NCBI GenBank assembly: GCA_964604015.1
Contig: CAZRXF010000004.1
Span: 4,861 to 68,860 of the forward strand
Length of the DNA: 64,000 bases
Reading direction: 5' to 3'
Source: an uncultured Pseudomonadota bacterium
GTDB lineage: Bacteria; Babelota; Babeliae; Babelales; CAIQNR01
Shown here: positions 10,701-20,100 of the stretch, piece by piece
Layout: the number at the start of each line of letters is the position of its first letter
How positions within the stretch are numbered: the stretch's first letter is position 1
Made by a program: the position numbers and the translations under genes
The notes under the pieces: model-generated
Databases searched by the model: none
What the model was told of the DNA's origin: nothing
The model's input: only the letters and a program-made list of their open reading frames with translations

Positions 10701-13700
10701 TACTTACAGATAGCTTGCGCAATCGCCTCATGATGATTCTGTTCTAGCTTAAACCGATTGGGTTCTAAGCTACCGTATGCTTCATCATAAAATTGAGGGA
10801 AAAAAGCAATGAGAGACGGAGTTTCAAAAAGGGTTACGAGCTGCCGTGGTGACAAGTTCTTCTTTATAAGGGTATTAGTTACTTCTTCAAGGTGAGAAAG
10901 AGCAGTAGGACCATGTTGTTTTTTTGTCAGTGCTTCAATATTTTGGAGCAGTTGAGTAAATTCTGCGTCACTTACGTTATTGGCACTGGCTAGAGTTACA
11001 GCCTCTGACATAACACGGCTGAGTAGTGTTACCATGGCTTGGTGAGCAGAAGATGGAAGGGGGTTTTCGAGCGTCTCTTTTATTTGTTTAACTAATGATT
11101 TATTTCTGAGTTTTAATTCTACTTTTGCTAAAAAAGTAGCACGATCTCGAGCCATCTGTGAAATCGTAAATCCGCTATGGGGGCACGACACCGCTCTTAG
11201 AAGGGCTGCTTGCAAAACTAAACAAGGGAAGGTGTGCGCGGTCTGATGTGTATTCACAAAGGCACGTGCTTGCTTATGAGGGCAATCCGTACTGTGTGTG
11301 CACGTATCAGGATCTGCTCCTTCGCCTTGCTCCCATGTATTTAAAGTATCTAAAATACGGAATGCTTGTGAATCTACATGTCCACGGTCAGCTGCTGTTG
11401 CGCGATGAATTTTTTGTTGATCAGGATCAGGAAGTTTTCGTCCAAGAAAAGCGTGCAGCTCTGTTTGTTCTTTTTCTGTTAATGAGTGTTCCTGAGGATG
11501 TGCATTGTGTTTAGCAAGAAGCTCCTGACTGTGCCGACAAAGCAATGAAAAATCATGATCTTCATTGGTAAAAAGAGGAAGTGCGTGAGAAACAGCTGCA
11601 AAAACAAGTTTTTTACCAAGAGGCGTAAGTGGATCATGATCACGGAGCAGTGCTGTCAGGGTAGCATAATCATTCTTGTTTAATGCCACAGTAAGATTTG
11701 CAAAAATGTCTTTTTCTTTTTTTTCGACTTCTTCACGTTGTGCTCGTTCCAAGGCAAGACGAGCTTTTCGTATGAGAGTATCTTCTCTACTACTATTACT
11801 CTTTTTTTGCTGACGCCCTGGGAGAGCTTCCGTTTGAATAGATGCTGGAACCTCATCAAACTCATCCTTCCTAGCGCCAAATTTAGCAACTACGGCAGGT
11901 GCAGCGGTGCTGGAACTATCAGTAGCAGATACGCTTGACCGTCCAGATACAGATTCGGATGCTGTGGAAGGGGTAGGAGTTGGTACTGGTCTTGGTTGTG
12001 CGGGCGTGGGCAAAACACCGCGTGTGTTTTGTGCTTTAGGTGTAGCTGAAGGGCGAGCTTCTTGCCGTTGTTGCGGGGCAGGTGTTGGTTTTGTTGTCGC
12101 AGCGGCATGAGATGCTTTTGCAGTTGGCTGGGAACTGTTTTTTGTAGAAGCTCCCTGCCGTTGGTTGTGCGAAGGATCGGCCGAGGGTGTTCTGTGAGAT
12201 GGTTTGCTTTGGACAGTAGAGGCAACAGCATTTTGTGGCCGTGCAGGGGCTGAAGCACTTGCCGCTGCTGGAATTGTAGATTCTTTTGATTTTTGCAAAG
12301 AAGGAGCGCTTGGCGCTGTAGTAGAACGAGGTGTTGGTGCAGGTGCAGAGGGAGCTGCACTGTTTGTTCTGCGGGATATGATTGTTGGAGCAGTGGCCGC
12401 GATATTTGGACCGGATGCCGCAACCGCAGCGGTAGGTGAAGGATTTGTTTGTAATGCCACTGGAACTTCTTGTGTGGTCTGTGGTGCATGTTGACCAGAA
12501 CCTGAGGGTGCGGTGCGAGCAGCAACGGATGTCAAAGCAGAAATTACAGGAATGTCAGCTGCTGGAGTATTGCTTAAAGGTGGTAATGGCGACGGTGTAG
12601 GATTTGAAGAAGGGAGTGGAGTGATTGAAGATGGATTGTGTGAAGAGGCATCTTGAGGCGCCAAATCAACGTGATTGATTACTGGTGCTGTGGCAGGTGA
12701 AGGACTTGCTGTAGGTGCTGACGCTGTTAACTGAGTGAGAAGAGTTTCGAGAGTATGTGGCGGAGTACTGTCGATGGCTGTTATTGGGTTAGAGTTACTG
12801 GTAGGCGGGACTGGTGCCGGAGCCGATGGTGAGATACTTGTGTTGCTTGGGGTTTGTGTTGGAACAGTACGGGCGGGAGTGATTTCAGTTGGAACTGCAT
12901 CACTTGGCGCAGTTGGTGGTACTGGTGGGTGCAAAAGAGAGGCAAGGTCAGCTGCAACTTGTGCAAGATGGTGTGCAGGAAGGGTAGGTGATGCAATCAG
13001 AGTTCTAAGATAGTTGACTGCTCCATTGTGACCACGTTGGGTTAAGACTGTACCAAGGTCAGAGTACATCATTGGAGCAGCAGGAGGGAGTACCGAATGC
13101 GCGTGCGGTGGTAGGGGATGATGTGCAGAAACCTGTGCATGTGGTGGATAGTAAAAGGTATGTCCAGAGACCGGATGGTGTGGGGGAAAAGGATGATAAC
13201 CTTGGGCAGCAACAGGGGAGAAAGTATGGCCTAGCTGAGGATTTTGGTGTGGTAGGAAGGCGCCAGGGTGCGCAGGAAGAAGGGGACCGTGTTGTAATGG
13301 ATAACCAGTTGTCACTGGAGCTACCGGTCTTTGTGTAGGAACGTATCCTTGTTTCCAACGAGATTGCGTAATAACAGGCGTTTCACCCCTAATTACTATG
13401 GTGTGTGTTGCTACCAGCCGTTGATCATGCTTAGATGCTTCCCGTGAACAGTGAAAAGAAAAAATTCCAGGTTGATCGGTTGCGAGCGCATGAATGAAAT
13501 AGTGTTGATCAGGAGATTTCGCCCAATCGAGAAATATTTTGGTCCATTTTTCAGAACTGTTTGCAGGCGTAAAATGTGGATTGAGGAACATATATCCATC
13601 TACCATGCTTTCTGGATCTGGTCCACGAGGGATTCTTAGTCTGAACTCTGCAGCACCGAGTGAACTGCAAAACAATATGAGGAATAGAATTTGAGGGAAT

Positions 13701-13717
13701 CTAAATAATAACAACAT
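7754..13717 (-). CDS. P3: secreted modular low-complexity protein, family member 3 (1987 aa, largest)
   Basis: Signal peptide MLLLFRFPQILFLILFCSSLGA|AE. N-domain has SEKWTKIFLDW and ATHTIVIRGETPVI. A His/Pro-rich linker is followed by a ~450-aa P/A/S/T-rich region, the Cys/His motif CTHSTDCPHKQARAF, and a very long helical C-terminal region with a duplicated terminal module. Confidence 0.85.
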   Translation of the reverse strand: MLLLFRFPQILFLILFCSSLGAAEFRLRIPRGPDPESMVDGYMFLNPHFTPANSSEKWTKIFLDWAKSPDQHYFIHALATDQPGIFSFHCSREASKHDQRLVATHTIVIRGETPVITQSRWKQGYVPTQRPVAPVTTGYPLQHGPLLPAHPGAFLPHQNPQLGHTFSPVAAQGYHPFPPHHPVSGHTFYYPPHAQVSAHHPLPPHAHSVLPPAAPMMYSDLGTVLTQRGHNGAVNYLRTLIASPTLPAHHLAQVAADLASLLHPPVPPTAPSDAVPTEITPARTVPTQTPSNTSISPSAPAPVPPTSNSNPITAIDSTPPHTLETLLTQLTASAPTASPSPATAPVINHVDLAPQDASSHNPSSITPLPSSNPTPSPLPPLSNTPAADIPVISALTSVAARTAPSGSGQHAPQTTQEVPVALQTNPSPTAAVAASGPNIAATAPTIISRRTNSAAPSAPAPTPRSTTAPSAPSLQKSKESTIPAAASASAPARPQNAVASTVQSKPSHRTPSADPSHNQRQGASTKNSSQPTAKASHAAATTKPTPAPQQRQEARPSATPKAQNTRGVLPTPAQPRPVPTPTPSTASESVSGRSSVSATDSSSTAAPAVVAKFGARKDEFDEVPASIQTEALPGRQQKKSNSSREDTLIRKARLALERAQREEVEKKEKDIFANLTVALNKNDYATLTALLRDHDPLTPLGKKLVFAAVSHALPLFTNEDHDFSLLCRHSQELLAKHNAHPQEHSLTEKEQTELHAFLGRKLPDPDQQKIHRATAADRGHVDSQAFRILDTLNTWEQGEGADPDTCTHSTDCPHKQARAFVNTHQTAHTFPCLVLQAALLRAVSCPHSGFTISQMARDRATFLAKVELKLRNKSLVKQIKETLENPLPSSAHQAMVTLLSRVMSEAVTLASANNVSDAEFTQLLQNIEALTKKQHGPTALSHLEEVTNTLIKKNLSPRQLVTLFETPSLIAFFPQFYDEAYGSLEPNRFKLEQNHHEAIAQAICKYVPTAIATCRENNISSNFYEYILNESQVYLETKSFPASPLRIRIGQGSSNTVSIKMSAEQFVNPSGVINLNKLTEVAAAAASTTLISAASITNNRTELLKLLEDPTGKGIAKEDVFNFVTRVGNTEQLLMICQQNPGSERSLKQFLPLLADGITQNRWSWFTLHEFHTLCEDLKRILTVREKTQSVQTQELQELQAFITALQFKVLEANGAREPMPVTVMRAENISANSISELFKDLTRRGEILKGISAEQVTTYITAKTQKQLRALSCDPNMTESDKADLRKVLKAISSPDDLNGFLSVRVTTVLQKHLPTIKTPQDVADFYAILKSYRHDSHYAVVTKIFEDFIKTLPDTERKIWRQCTDPVFNTLLLHDVGFQKLFRSFSDELNTHLAMIDQTSELVFALLNHSIRITQEILLRAKNPDDFSCVIAELNQPQKNIGVYIVILSALAGLEAAPPLAESKKSLLQEQLATVEYLVEYSLTQENVSPYRSHIENLHKKIVAMTSEPVSVSGAAAQPGASSDQMAQLATHQAILSFKNIFAENQDRIIPMIQMTADPAHHTSEPLVWIAILETQIPQPGGLPRLFVDEAGTKQRLDIYRKDFLERLNQIIERVQHENPLYHQQLLKLREDLLAWNTLNLEPLPLESLNTNRFITPIIEVARHYCEGTGAHAQPRQEAIQKAIALLKTIDPQQADSEAKCFSIALTIHGGLLAQAVYLQLEASGYAEIPLEVVTAIRTFLGTNASTSKRFKAEGASADGTTAVAIIAPDPENDFTTPIAHAAVKHSVGDDAAKENALIEIVAIAQKISYPEVPVFVQALCTHALLIKVPVTTKIFESEAIQPGIKYALVTQLGKSHFVSEPDKESIRSAYRTFLTTQHGHTAQAAAIPTKSDSKKEDETAKAIIAVITSLKEISGSSQISPIKFTQAIDKLDIATVMLGLEKIMHSDEIVYLAKKHLLERLIKSDRVCKIEKESIRNKYPTYLK

Positions 13718-13765
13718 ATATTTTATCTTTCTTTATCAAAGTTCAATTAAAGCAATGGTATGGAT

Positions 13766-16700
13766 TTACTGTATTGTGCACATGTCAGACAACGATTCAC
13801 GCCACGTTAGTTGTCTTTTTGGTTCGTCCTGTTCTTGTGCAAGCGCAGCTTGCCAAGGTTCGCTATCTTTTGAATGTTCTCTGAGGGCTGATTTCATCAA
13901 AACAATAAAACCAAAGGGACCATCTTCATTGGTGTAAAGATTAAGAATATGAAGAAACTCCGCAATTTTTGTGGGACTTTTGATGGCTCCAATCACGTTT
14001 GTTGCAAGTGCAAGAAGCCCTTGTAGTTTGTGAGGAATCTCTGCTTTTTTATTAAAAACTCGATAGGCATAGGAAAGAAAAAGAGAGGGAGCGTTGTTGA
14101 TATTGGCAAAAATATAACGTTGCGCGGCAACAGTTTGCTGTACCGTGTTTTGTTGCCCTAACTGATGAATTCGACACGCTATTGTTTCTTCTGCAAGTAT
14201 TGTGAAGAGATTTTCTGGTGCTGTTCTGAAGTTGATTAATGATTGTACAAGCTTTCTGGCATCGTCATCAGTTGTTATTTGTTGCATGAGTTTTGAAATC
14301 CTTGACGTAACAAGGACTCGCTGCCGATTCCTTTGGTCAGGCCCCCCAGGGATTTGTGAAAAATCTGACCAGAGTTGCGCAATGGCGATAAACTGTGGGT
14401 TAAGAATATGGCTAAGTTCTGCGTGCGTTTGGCGAGCAAGCGAAGCTACCGAATCCTGACCAACCTTAGATAGTTTGACCTTATTAAAAAACTTCATACA
14501 AATTTCAAGTTGCGAAAGGGGAAGATGCAGCCTGAAATGGTTCACCGTTTCTTGTAGAGCGAGGAGCAATGCTACCTGATGAGCCAAGCAAGCATCTGCT
14601 TGTCTTGCTTGGTCAACCTGCCGTATAAAAGCGAGGGCATACTGAAAATTGTCTCCTCGAGTAGTTTGCGCAGCAGCTCCTACAGATGTTTCGTCGGTGG
14701 GATCTTGCATGAGCGATACAAGGTGCTCTTTCGCTTTTTGACATGCTGCTTGAAAATTGTGCGCTTCCAGGTCACCCTTCATTGCCTCAAGTGTCGCGGC
14801 ATGACGAGCATTAATTTCTTGTTCTTGTTCCTGGTATGCCCTCTGTGCCTGCCGTTCAGCTTCACGGCGAGCTTCTTCTTGCTGTTGTCGTGTGGGTGGT
14901 GGGGGACCAACTGGTGTTGGTGCCGGCAGCAGCGGTTGAACAAGGGCTGTAATTGTTGCGTGGTCGGCTGCTGGAAGACGTGTCTCTGCCTGGGTGAGAA
15001 GTTCTTGTAACGCTGCAGATGCTTGTGCACGTTTTTGTGAGCAGAGAAGAGCGGCAACCATTGTTTGGTAACGCATAAGCGTGTGATCAAGGTGTTCAGC
15101 ATGCTGTTCTAAGAAAGTTTGTGCTTTGGTATGAACACAGGTGCCACCGCGGCACGATCCTTGGTGTGAATTCATCTGTACCAGGTGCCATTCCAACCCT
15201 GCTGATAGCATGCCCAGGTCTGTCGCTTGTTTTAACAGTGCTTCTCGTCCCCGGTCTTCCTTTGAGGTATAGCGCAGCAGGTACCCTAAAAGGGCACGTC
15301 GATCACTGGCTGCTTGAATAACAAGGCCTTTATTTCTGCCATTCTTTAGCGCGAGTAACTTACCGACTGCCGATACGAGGATGTCAGGAGCTTGTTCGTG
15401 CTGAACTAAACTCAGAAGCTGTTGCCGATAGAGTGTGGGATTTTCTTCCTCTATAGATGCGGTAAGGCGCCATGCTTTTGAGAAATCATTTGTGTCAGTA
15501 GCATCTGTTACCTGCTGGATAAGAGCGGCATATCGTGCCGTTCGTTCAATCTCACGCTGTTGTGCTGCTTCCTTTTTTTTTCTTGCTGTTTCTTTGGCTA
15601 TTTCACGTTGTAAACGTTCTTGCTGCAGTTGTGCATCTCTTCTTTCTCTTGCTTCCTGTGCTTGTAATTCTTCAGCTTGTCGTTGCTTGAGGGCTTTTCT
15701 TTCCTCTTCTTGTTTACGGCTCAAGGCTGCTGTCTGTCTTTCTTGTTCTTCTTGCTGTTCGCGCTGACGTATAAGCGTCGCTTCGTATTCGATTTGTCTT
15801 ATATCTTCTTGTCGTTGCCTTTCTTGCGCCTGTTCCTCACGTTTACGCCCAGGAACTGCTTTTTTACTCTCATGTTGCTGTGCAGGAACAGCAGGTGTTC
15901 TTGTGGTATCGGGTTGACGTTTTTGGCGCTCCCCTTTGTGACGATGATCAACAATGACCACGTGTGCAGGCGTAACAGATGGTGAGGAATTAAGAACAGA
16001 AGAAGGTTCATTCCGAGTTGCACTGGCTGCAGGAGCTAAAGATGCAGCATCTGCTTGTATGGCGATATGAGGGGTATCGTTTTTCTTTTCTACGAAAATG
16101 GGCTTTTCTTGTGGTGCGTCAGCAGCTGGATGTTCTGCTGTGGGTGATAGTGTAGCGGGTAAGTGCGGTGATCTAAAAGTTATATCAGGTGATGGCGAGT
16201 GTAGTGGCGATGGGGATTCTGCTCGAGCACTGGACATTGGTGAAACGGTTTCATGGGATTCTGTGATGTGATGGGCTTGAGGTGACAGTTGAGAACTAGC
16301 TACTACTAAAGGTAAAGGAGGGAGGGGCAAGGAAAGAGGAGCAGCATGTATGGCAGGTGCACTTAGGGGTGGCAGTGGAAGGCGGTGTTGAGGCGCATGA
16401 GACACTAAAGAGGGGGCAGCAGAAAATAGTGGAATCTGTCGACTGGAAGATGCAAGGGAAGACATAGGAGGATAGGTAGGCGCTGCGTACTGGGGGATCT
16501 GTGGGTAGGTTGGAACTGGGTAAGGGAAGGTCCCAGCAACGAACGGGCTTCCTGGCATTTGTTGGTATGCAAGTGAGAGATGTTGGTAAACAGGGTGAAT
16601 GACTTGCTGATGTATAAAGTGACCCTGAGGCTCAGAAGTAGGAAAAACAGGAACCGGAATAAATTGTACGTTTCCATCTTCACAAACAACATTATATCGA

Positions 16701-17032
16701 GCAACATATCTGTCGCGTGGAATCTCATATCCTGCAGTATCGAAATAATAATACAAGCCATCTTGTTGCGGGTCGGCATATTTCCTGACAAGTACGACTT
16801 GTCCACAAATTCGATGTTTCTCCCATTCTGTGAACCAGTCTCCCCATGATGTTCCAGGAGTGTCAGCAGGACTGAATTTTGGATCAAGACCAACTAAACG
16901 TCCCGGGTTATTACAATGATCAGGAAGTGGCAAAAGAAGAGAATCTCTCAATGATTGCGGTACGCTGGCGCATGCTGTTTCATGAGGAGCTACGAGAGCA
17001 GAAAAAATAATCATCAAAATAAATGGTAACAT
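13766..17032 (-). CDS. P4: secreted modular low-complexity protein, family member 4
   Basis: Signal peptide MLPFILMIIFSALVAPHETACA|S. N-domain has GTSWGDWFTEWEKH. Also a Y/P linker, a P/S/A-rich region (LPLPPLPLV), a long E/R/Q/K-rich helix (RKREEQAQERQRQED...), the motif CRGGTCVHTKAQTF and a helical C-terminus. Confidence 0.85.
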   Translation of the reverse strand: MLPFILMIIFSALVAPHETACASVPQSLRDSLLLPLPDHCNNPGRLVGLDPKFSPADTPGTSWGDWFTEWEKHRICGQVVLVRKYADPQQDGLYYYFDTAGYEIPRDRYVARYNVVCEDGNVQFIPVPVFPTSEPQGHFIHQQVIHPVYQHLSLAYQQMPGSPFVAGTFPYPVPTYPQIPQYAAPTYPPMSSLASSSRQIPLFSAAPSLVSHAPQHRLPLPPLSAPAIHAAPLSLPLPPLPLVVASSQLSPQAHHITESHETVSPMSSARAESPSPLHSPSPDITFRSPHLPATLSPTAEHPAADAPQEKPIFVEKKNDTPHIAIQADAASLAPAASATRNEPSSVLNSSPSVTPAHVVIVDHRHKGERQKRQPDTTRTPAVPAQQHESKKAVPGRKREEQAQERQRQEDIRQIEYEATLIRQREQQEEQERQTAALSRKQEEERKALKQRQAEELQAQEARERRDAQLQQERLQREIAKETARKKKEAAQQREIERTARYAALIQQVTDATDTNDFSKAWRLTASIEEENPTLYRQQLLSLVQHEQAPDILVSAVGKLLALKNGRNKGLVIQAASDRRALLGYLLRYTSKEDRGREALLKQATDLGMLSAGLEWHLVQMNSHQGSCRGGTCVHTKAQTFLEQHAEHLDHTLMRYQTMVAALLCSQKRAQASAALQELLTQAETRLPAADHATITALVQPLLPAPTPVGPPPPTRQQQEEARREAERQAQRAYQEQEQEINARHAATLEAMKGDLEAHNFQAACQKAKEHLVSLMQDPTDETSVGAAAQTTRGDNFQYALAFIRQVDQARQADACLAHQVALLLALQETVNHFRLHLPLSQLEICMKFFNKVKLSKVGQDSVASLARQTHAELSHILNPQFIAIAQLWSDFSQIPGGPDQRNRQRVLVTSRISKLMQQITTDDDARKLVQSLINFRTAPENLFTILAEETIACRIHQLGQQNTVQQTVAAQRYIFANINNAPSLFLSYAYRVFNKKAEIPHKLQGLLALATNVIGAIKSPTKIAEFLHILNLYTNEDGPFGFIVLMKSALREHSKDSEPWQAALAQEQDEPKRQLTWRESLSDMCTIQ

Positions 17033-17141
17033 GCGTACAAGATCCCCCTACAGAGTGTGTTGTTTAATACAGTGAGTAATAACGTGCAGAAATAGTACCG
17101 CAGAAACATTTTTTTTTGCACGAGGTTTTTGTGAAAAAAGA

Positions 17142-20100
17142 TCATGCTTCTGCAGCAGCTGCTTGGCCACCTGTAGAAAAGACACCTGATACTTGTTCTG
17201 CTGGTTTGCATGCGGCAAAGAGATGTTCTCGAATTGGTTCAGAAATGAGTGTGGACTGTTCTTCTAGAAACATTTGTAAAGAGGCTTTAAGTTCAGGGGG
17301 ACCATACTTGCTAAATGCGGTTGCAAATGCAGTTGCATCAGTCTCAGTCTTGATGTCGAGCACTGACGCGTGCAAAGTTGCACGGATTGCGGTCATTTCC
17401 CTTTCCCTCTCTTCCTCTGTTGGCAAAGCAGCGGCCCTTCTGTGTGCAACAATCGAAGCAAGAGCGAGTGCGGTGGTTGGATCATTCAAGATTTCCGCTA
17501 CTTGTGATACGGGCTCTTTTTTGGGTGTAGGTAACATCATTGCCTGACGTGCCGGCTGTTGGTCATCAAGTGTGGACAAAATAATCTTGCGAGTTGCTTC
17601 AAGATGTGCGGCAAATTCCGTAAAGAATTCGCTATTTCCATACTTTTGCAATAAAGCTTCGATGGTGGTAAGCACTTTCCTTGATACTACGTTCACTGCT
17701 TCATGAACACGAGGGTCTTTTTCCTGCTGTTTAGCAAATGCTACATGAAAGCTGGTCCAGTAGAAGGATGCTTCATCGGTATCTGCGTTTCTTAGGACGA
17801 TATCTAAAGCATCGCCAAGGTTTGAGGGATAACGGAGGATTTTTGTGACAAGACCGGCTGCATCTTGAAGGCTTCCCGGGTCAGTGAGGTGTTGTGCAAT
17901 AAAGTTTCTAAGTTCTTTTTCAAAATATGGAAGGATCTTAGTTTTGAATGGTGTTCCTCCTGGCATATTCAATGACTCAAAGTGTATAACGTTCATTTTT
18001 GCTTTCCACTGTGCCTGTTTATCAGGAGAAAGTGTCTTGATGTAATTTTGTAGAGCTTGAACTATGGCAGTATGTTCGGGATGTGTACTCTGTTGCCTGA
18101 GGCGTTCAAGAAATCCTACAATATGAGCGTCTGTTTTGATTTTTTCTTCTAGTGTTTTGCGCAGGGTGTCAGCAATGAATTTGCTGCGTAGGGCTGCGGC
18201 GTCTGCACCAGTAAATACAATTCCTGGCAGAAAACCAAAAAAATCAAAAAGAGATTTAAAATACCCCTCAGGTAACTGAGCAACTGCATGTTCTTGCACT
18301 GGTGTATCACTGGTAGCAAGGAGATTTTCAAAGCGCGTATGAAGTTGTTTCAGCTGTTTTACAAACCGTGTGCGTGCACTTTTGGTAGCCGAACTTTCCG
18401 AATCACCTGATTTTTCTGTATCTGCAATGCACTTGCTGAGGAGAGGTTGAAAAATGGTTGCTATTCTTGTGGCATAGGGTTCGAAGGACGGGTCTTCCAT
18501 CAGAGCAGTAATAAAGAAGGAGGCTGCTCGAGGATGCGTTTTTAGAAGATATTCTGTTGCGAGCATCCGTTCTTGAGGCGATTGAAGTGATCCAAAAAAT
18601 GCGGTTACTTGCTCTTGTGCTTTGATAGAACCAGTTCGTGTAAAAAGAGAAGCTTCAATTGCTTCGGCGCATGCCACGGCCTGTTCTTTCAGTGATGGAG
18701 ACGAAATTGGTGTGGCTGCAGCGGATGCGCAGGCTGTTTCAACTGGCTGCAAGGTTCCAGGGAACTTATGTACCATCGCCATGAAAACTTCGAAACTCTT
18801 CTGTTTATCGGTCAGTCCACTTCTTGCGGCAGAGATGACATCCTCGCTTTGAATTTCTCGTACCCTACCACATCCACTTGGGCCAGCGAGCCATCCTACA
18901 GAATGGAAAATGGGGTTTAGGATAATTGTAGAATTTGCAGAAAAACTTGAGCGGACGAAACAGTATGCCCGTCTATGAATACAGTTTTTCATTGCGCAAG
19001 GAGTGTTTTCGTGATCCTCACGATGTTTTAAGAGTGCTTTGATATACCATACCAATCCCTGTGTGAAGTTGTGAGTAAGCTTGATAGCGTCAAGCATATA
19101 GTTTTCTTGTAACTCTTTAGGAGCGTAGCGACTAAGGTAGGTAAGGAGGAGGGCGCGATCTACTGAGGAAAGTTGGCGTTGAATTTCACCGTGGGGACTT
19201 TCAATGAGTGCTTGGCAGGCGCTGGCTATCTCAAAAGTATCGACCGAAGTTTCAGGGTCTGACGTGTCATCGGTAGTAATAGCCAACGCTTTTAGAATCG
19301 CCAGCAAACATTCAACATGAACAGGCCGTTGTATGTCTGGCAGAGAACGAAGATGTTCACGTGCCGTTGCGATGTCGTTTGCTGCAAGAGCGGTGGTTAT
19401 TGCTTCCTGAATGCTCTGCTCGTGTTCTGCGCGTTCTTGTTTCGCTCGTTTTTCCTGCTCTCTTTTTTCTTTGAATGTTACTGTTCTTTCTTTTCTTTCT
19501 TCTTTGTCAGCAGTTTGGTCTGCTTGCGTGCTAGGTAGGACGGTGTCTCCTACGGCGCTTTCAACAGAACCTTCTTGAGCGGTAGGTGCAGGGGCGACAT
19601 GAGGTGCAGATGCATTTCTTGGCTCAGCAGTTTCTTTCCTCACAGATGCGTTTGGAGCAGCAGCTGCAGCAAGAAAGAAATCATTACTCGCCTGTCGTCT
19701 TCGTTGCTTTGCTGGTGTACCTGCACTTTCTGCTTGTGGTGCTGATGCTTGAGATTTTGGTACCACTGGAGGCGTTAGAGCAGAAGCTGCGTTGTTTGCC
19801 GGTGAGAGTGGTGGTACGGGAGTTGTAGCATTTCGTTGTGTGCCGTGACGTGGTTCAGCTGCATGATGGGTGGCAGTAGTGCTGTGTCTGCGTTGTTTTT
19901 GCTGTGTTTGAGGTATTTGTGGAGCAGTAGGGATGGCGCTTGATCGTTGTTGTTGCGTTGTATTTTTACCGCATGAAGATGTTGTAGATGTCTGTGCGGG
20001 TGGCGTTGGAGTGACGCGAGAGGGTGCTGGGGGCCTTGAGGAGCTGGTGGCAATTGTTGGTTTTTTATTCCACGCACCAAGGGCTGGGTTGTATTCTTCC

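Noticed and set aside
11890-12525. 211-aa minus-strand ORF in another frame of P3, plus the plus-strand ORFs 11907-12494
   Set aside because: These are out-of-frame or antisense readings of the P/A/S/T-rich segment. The P3 frame is continuous for 1987 codons and carries the family motifs.
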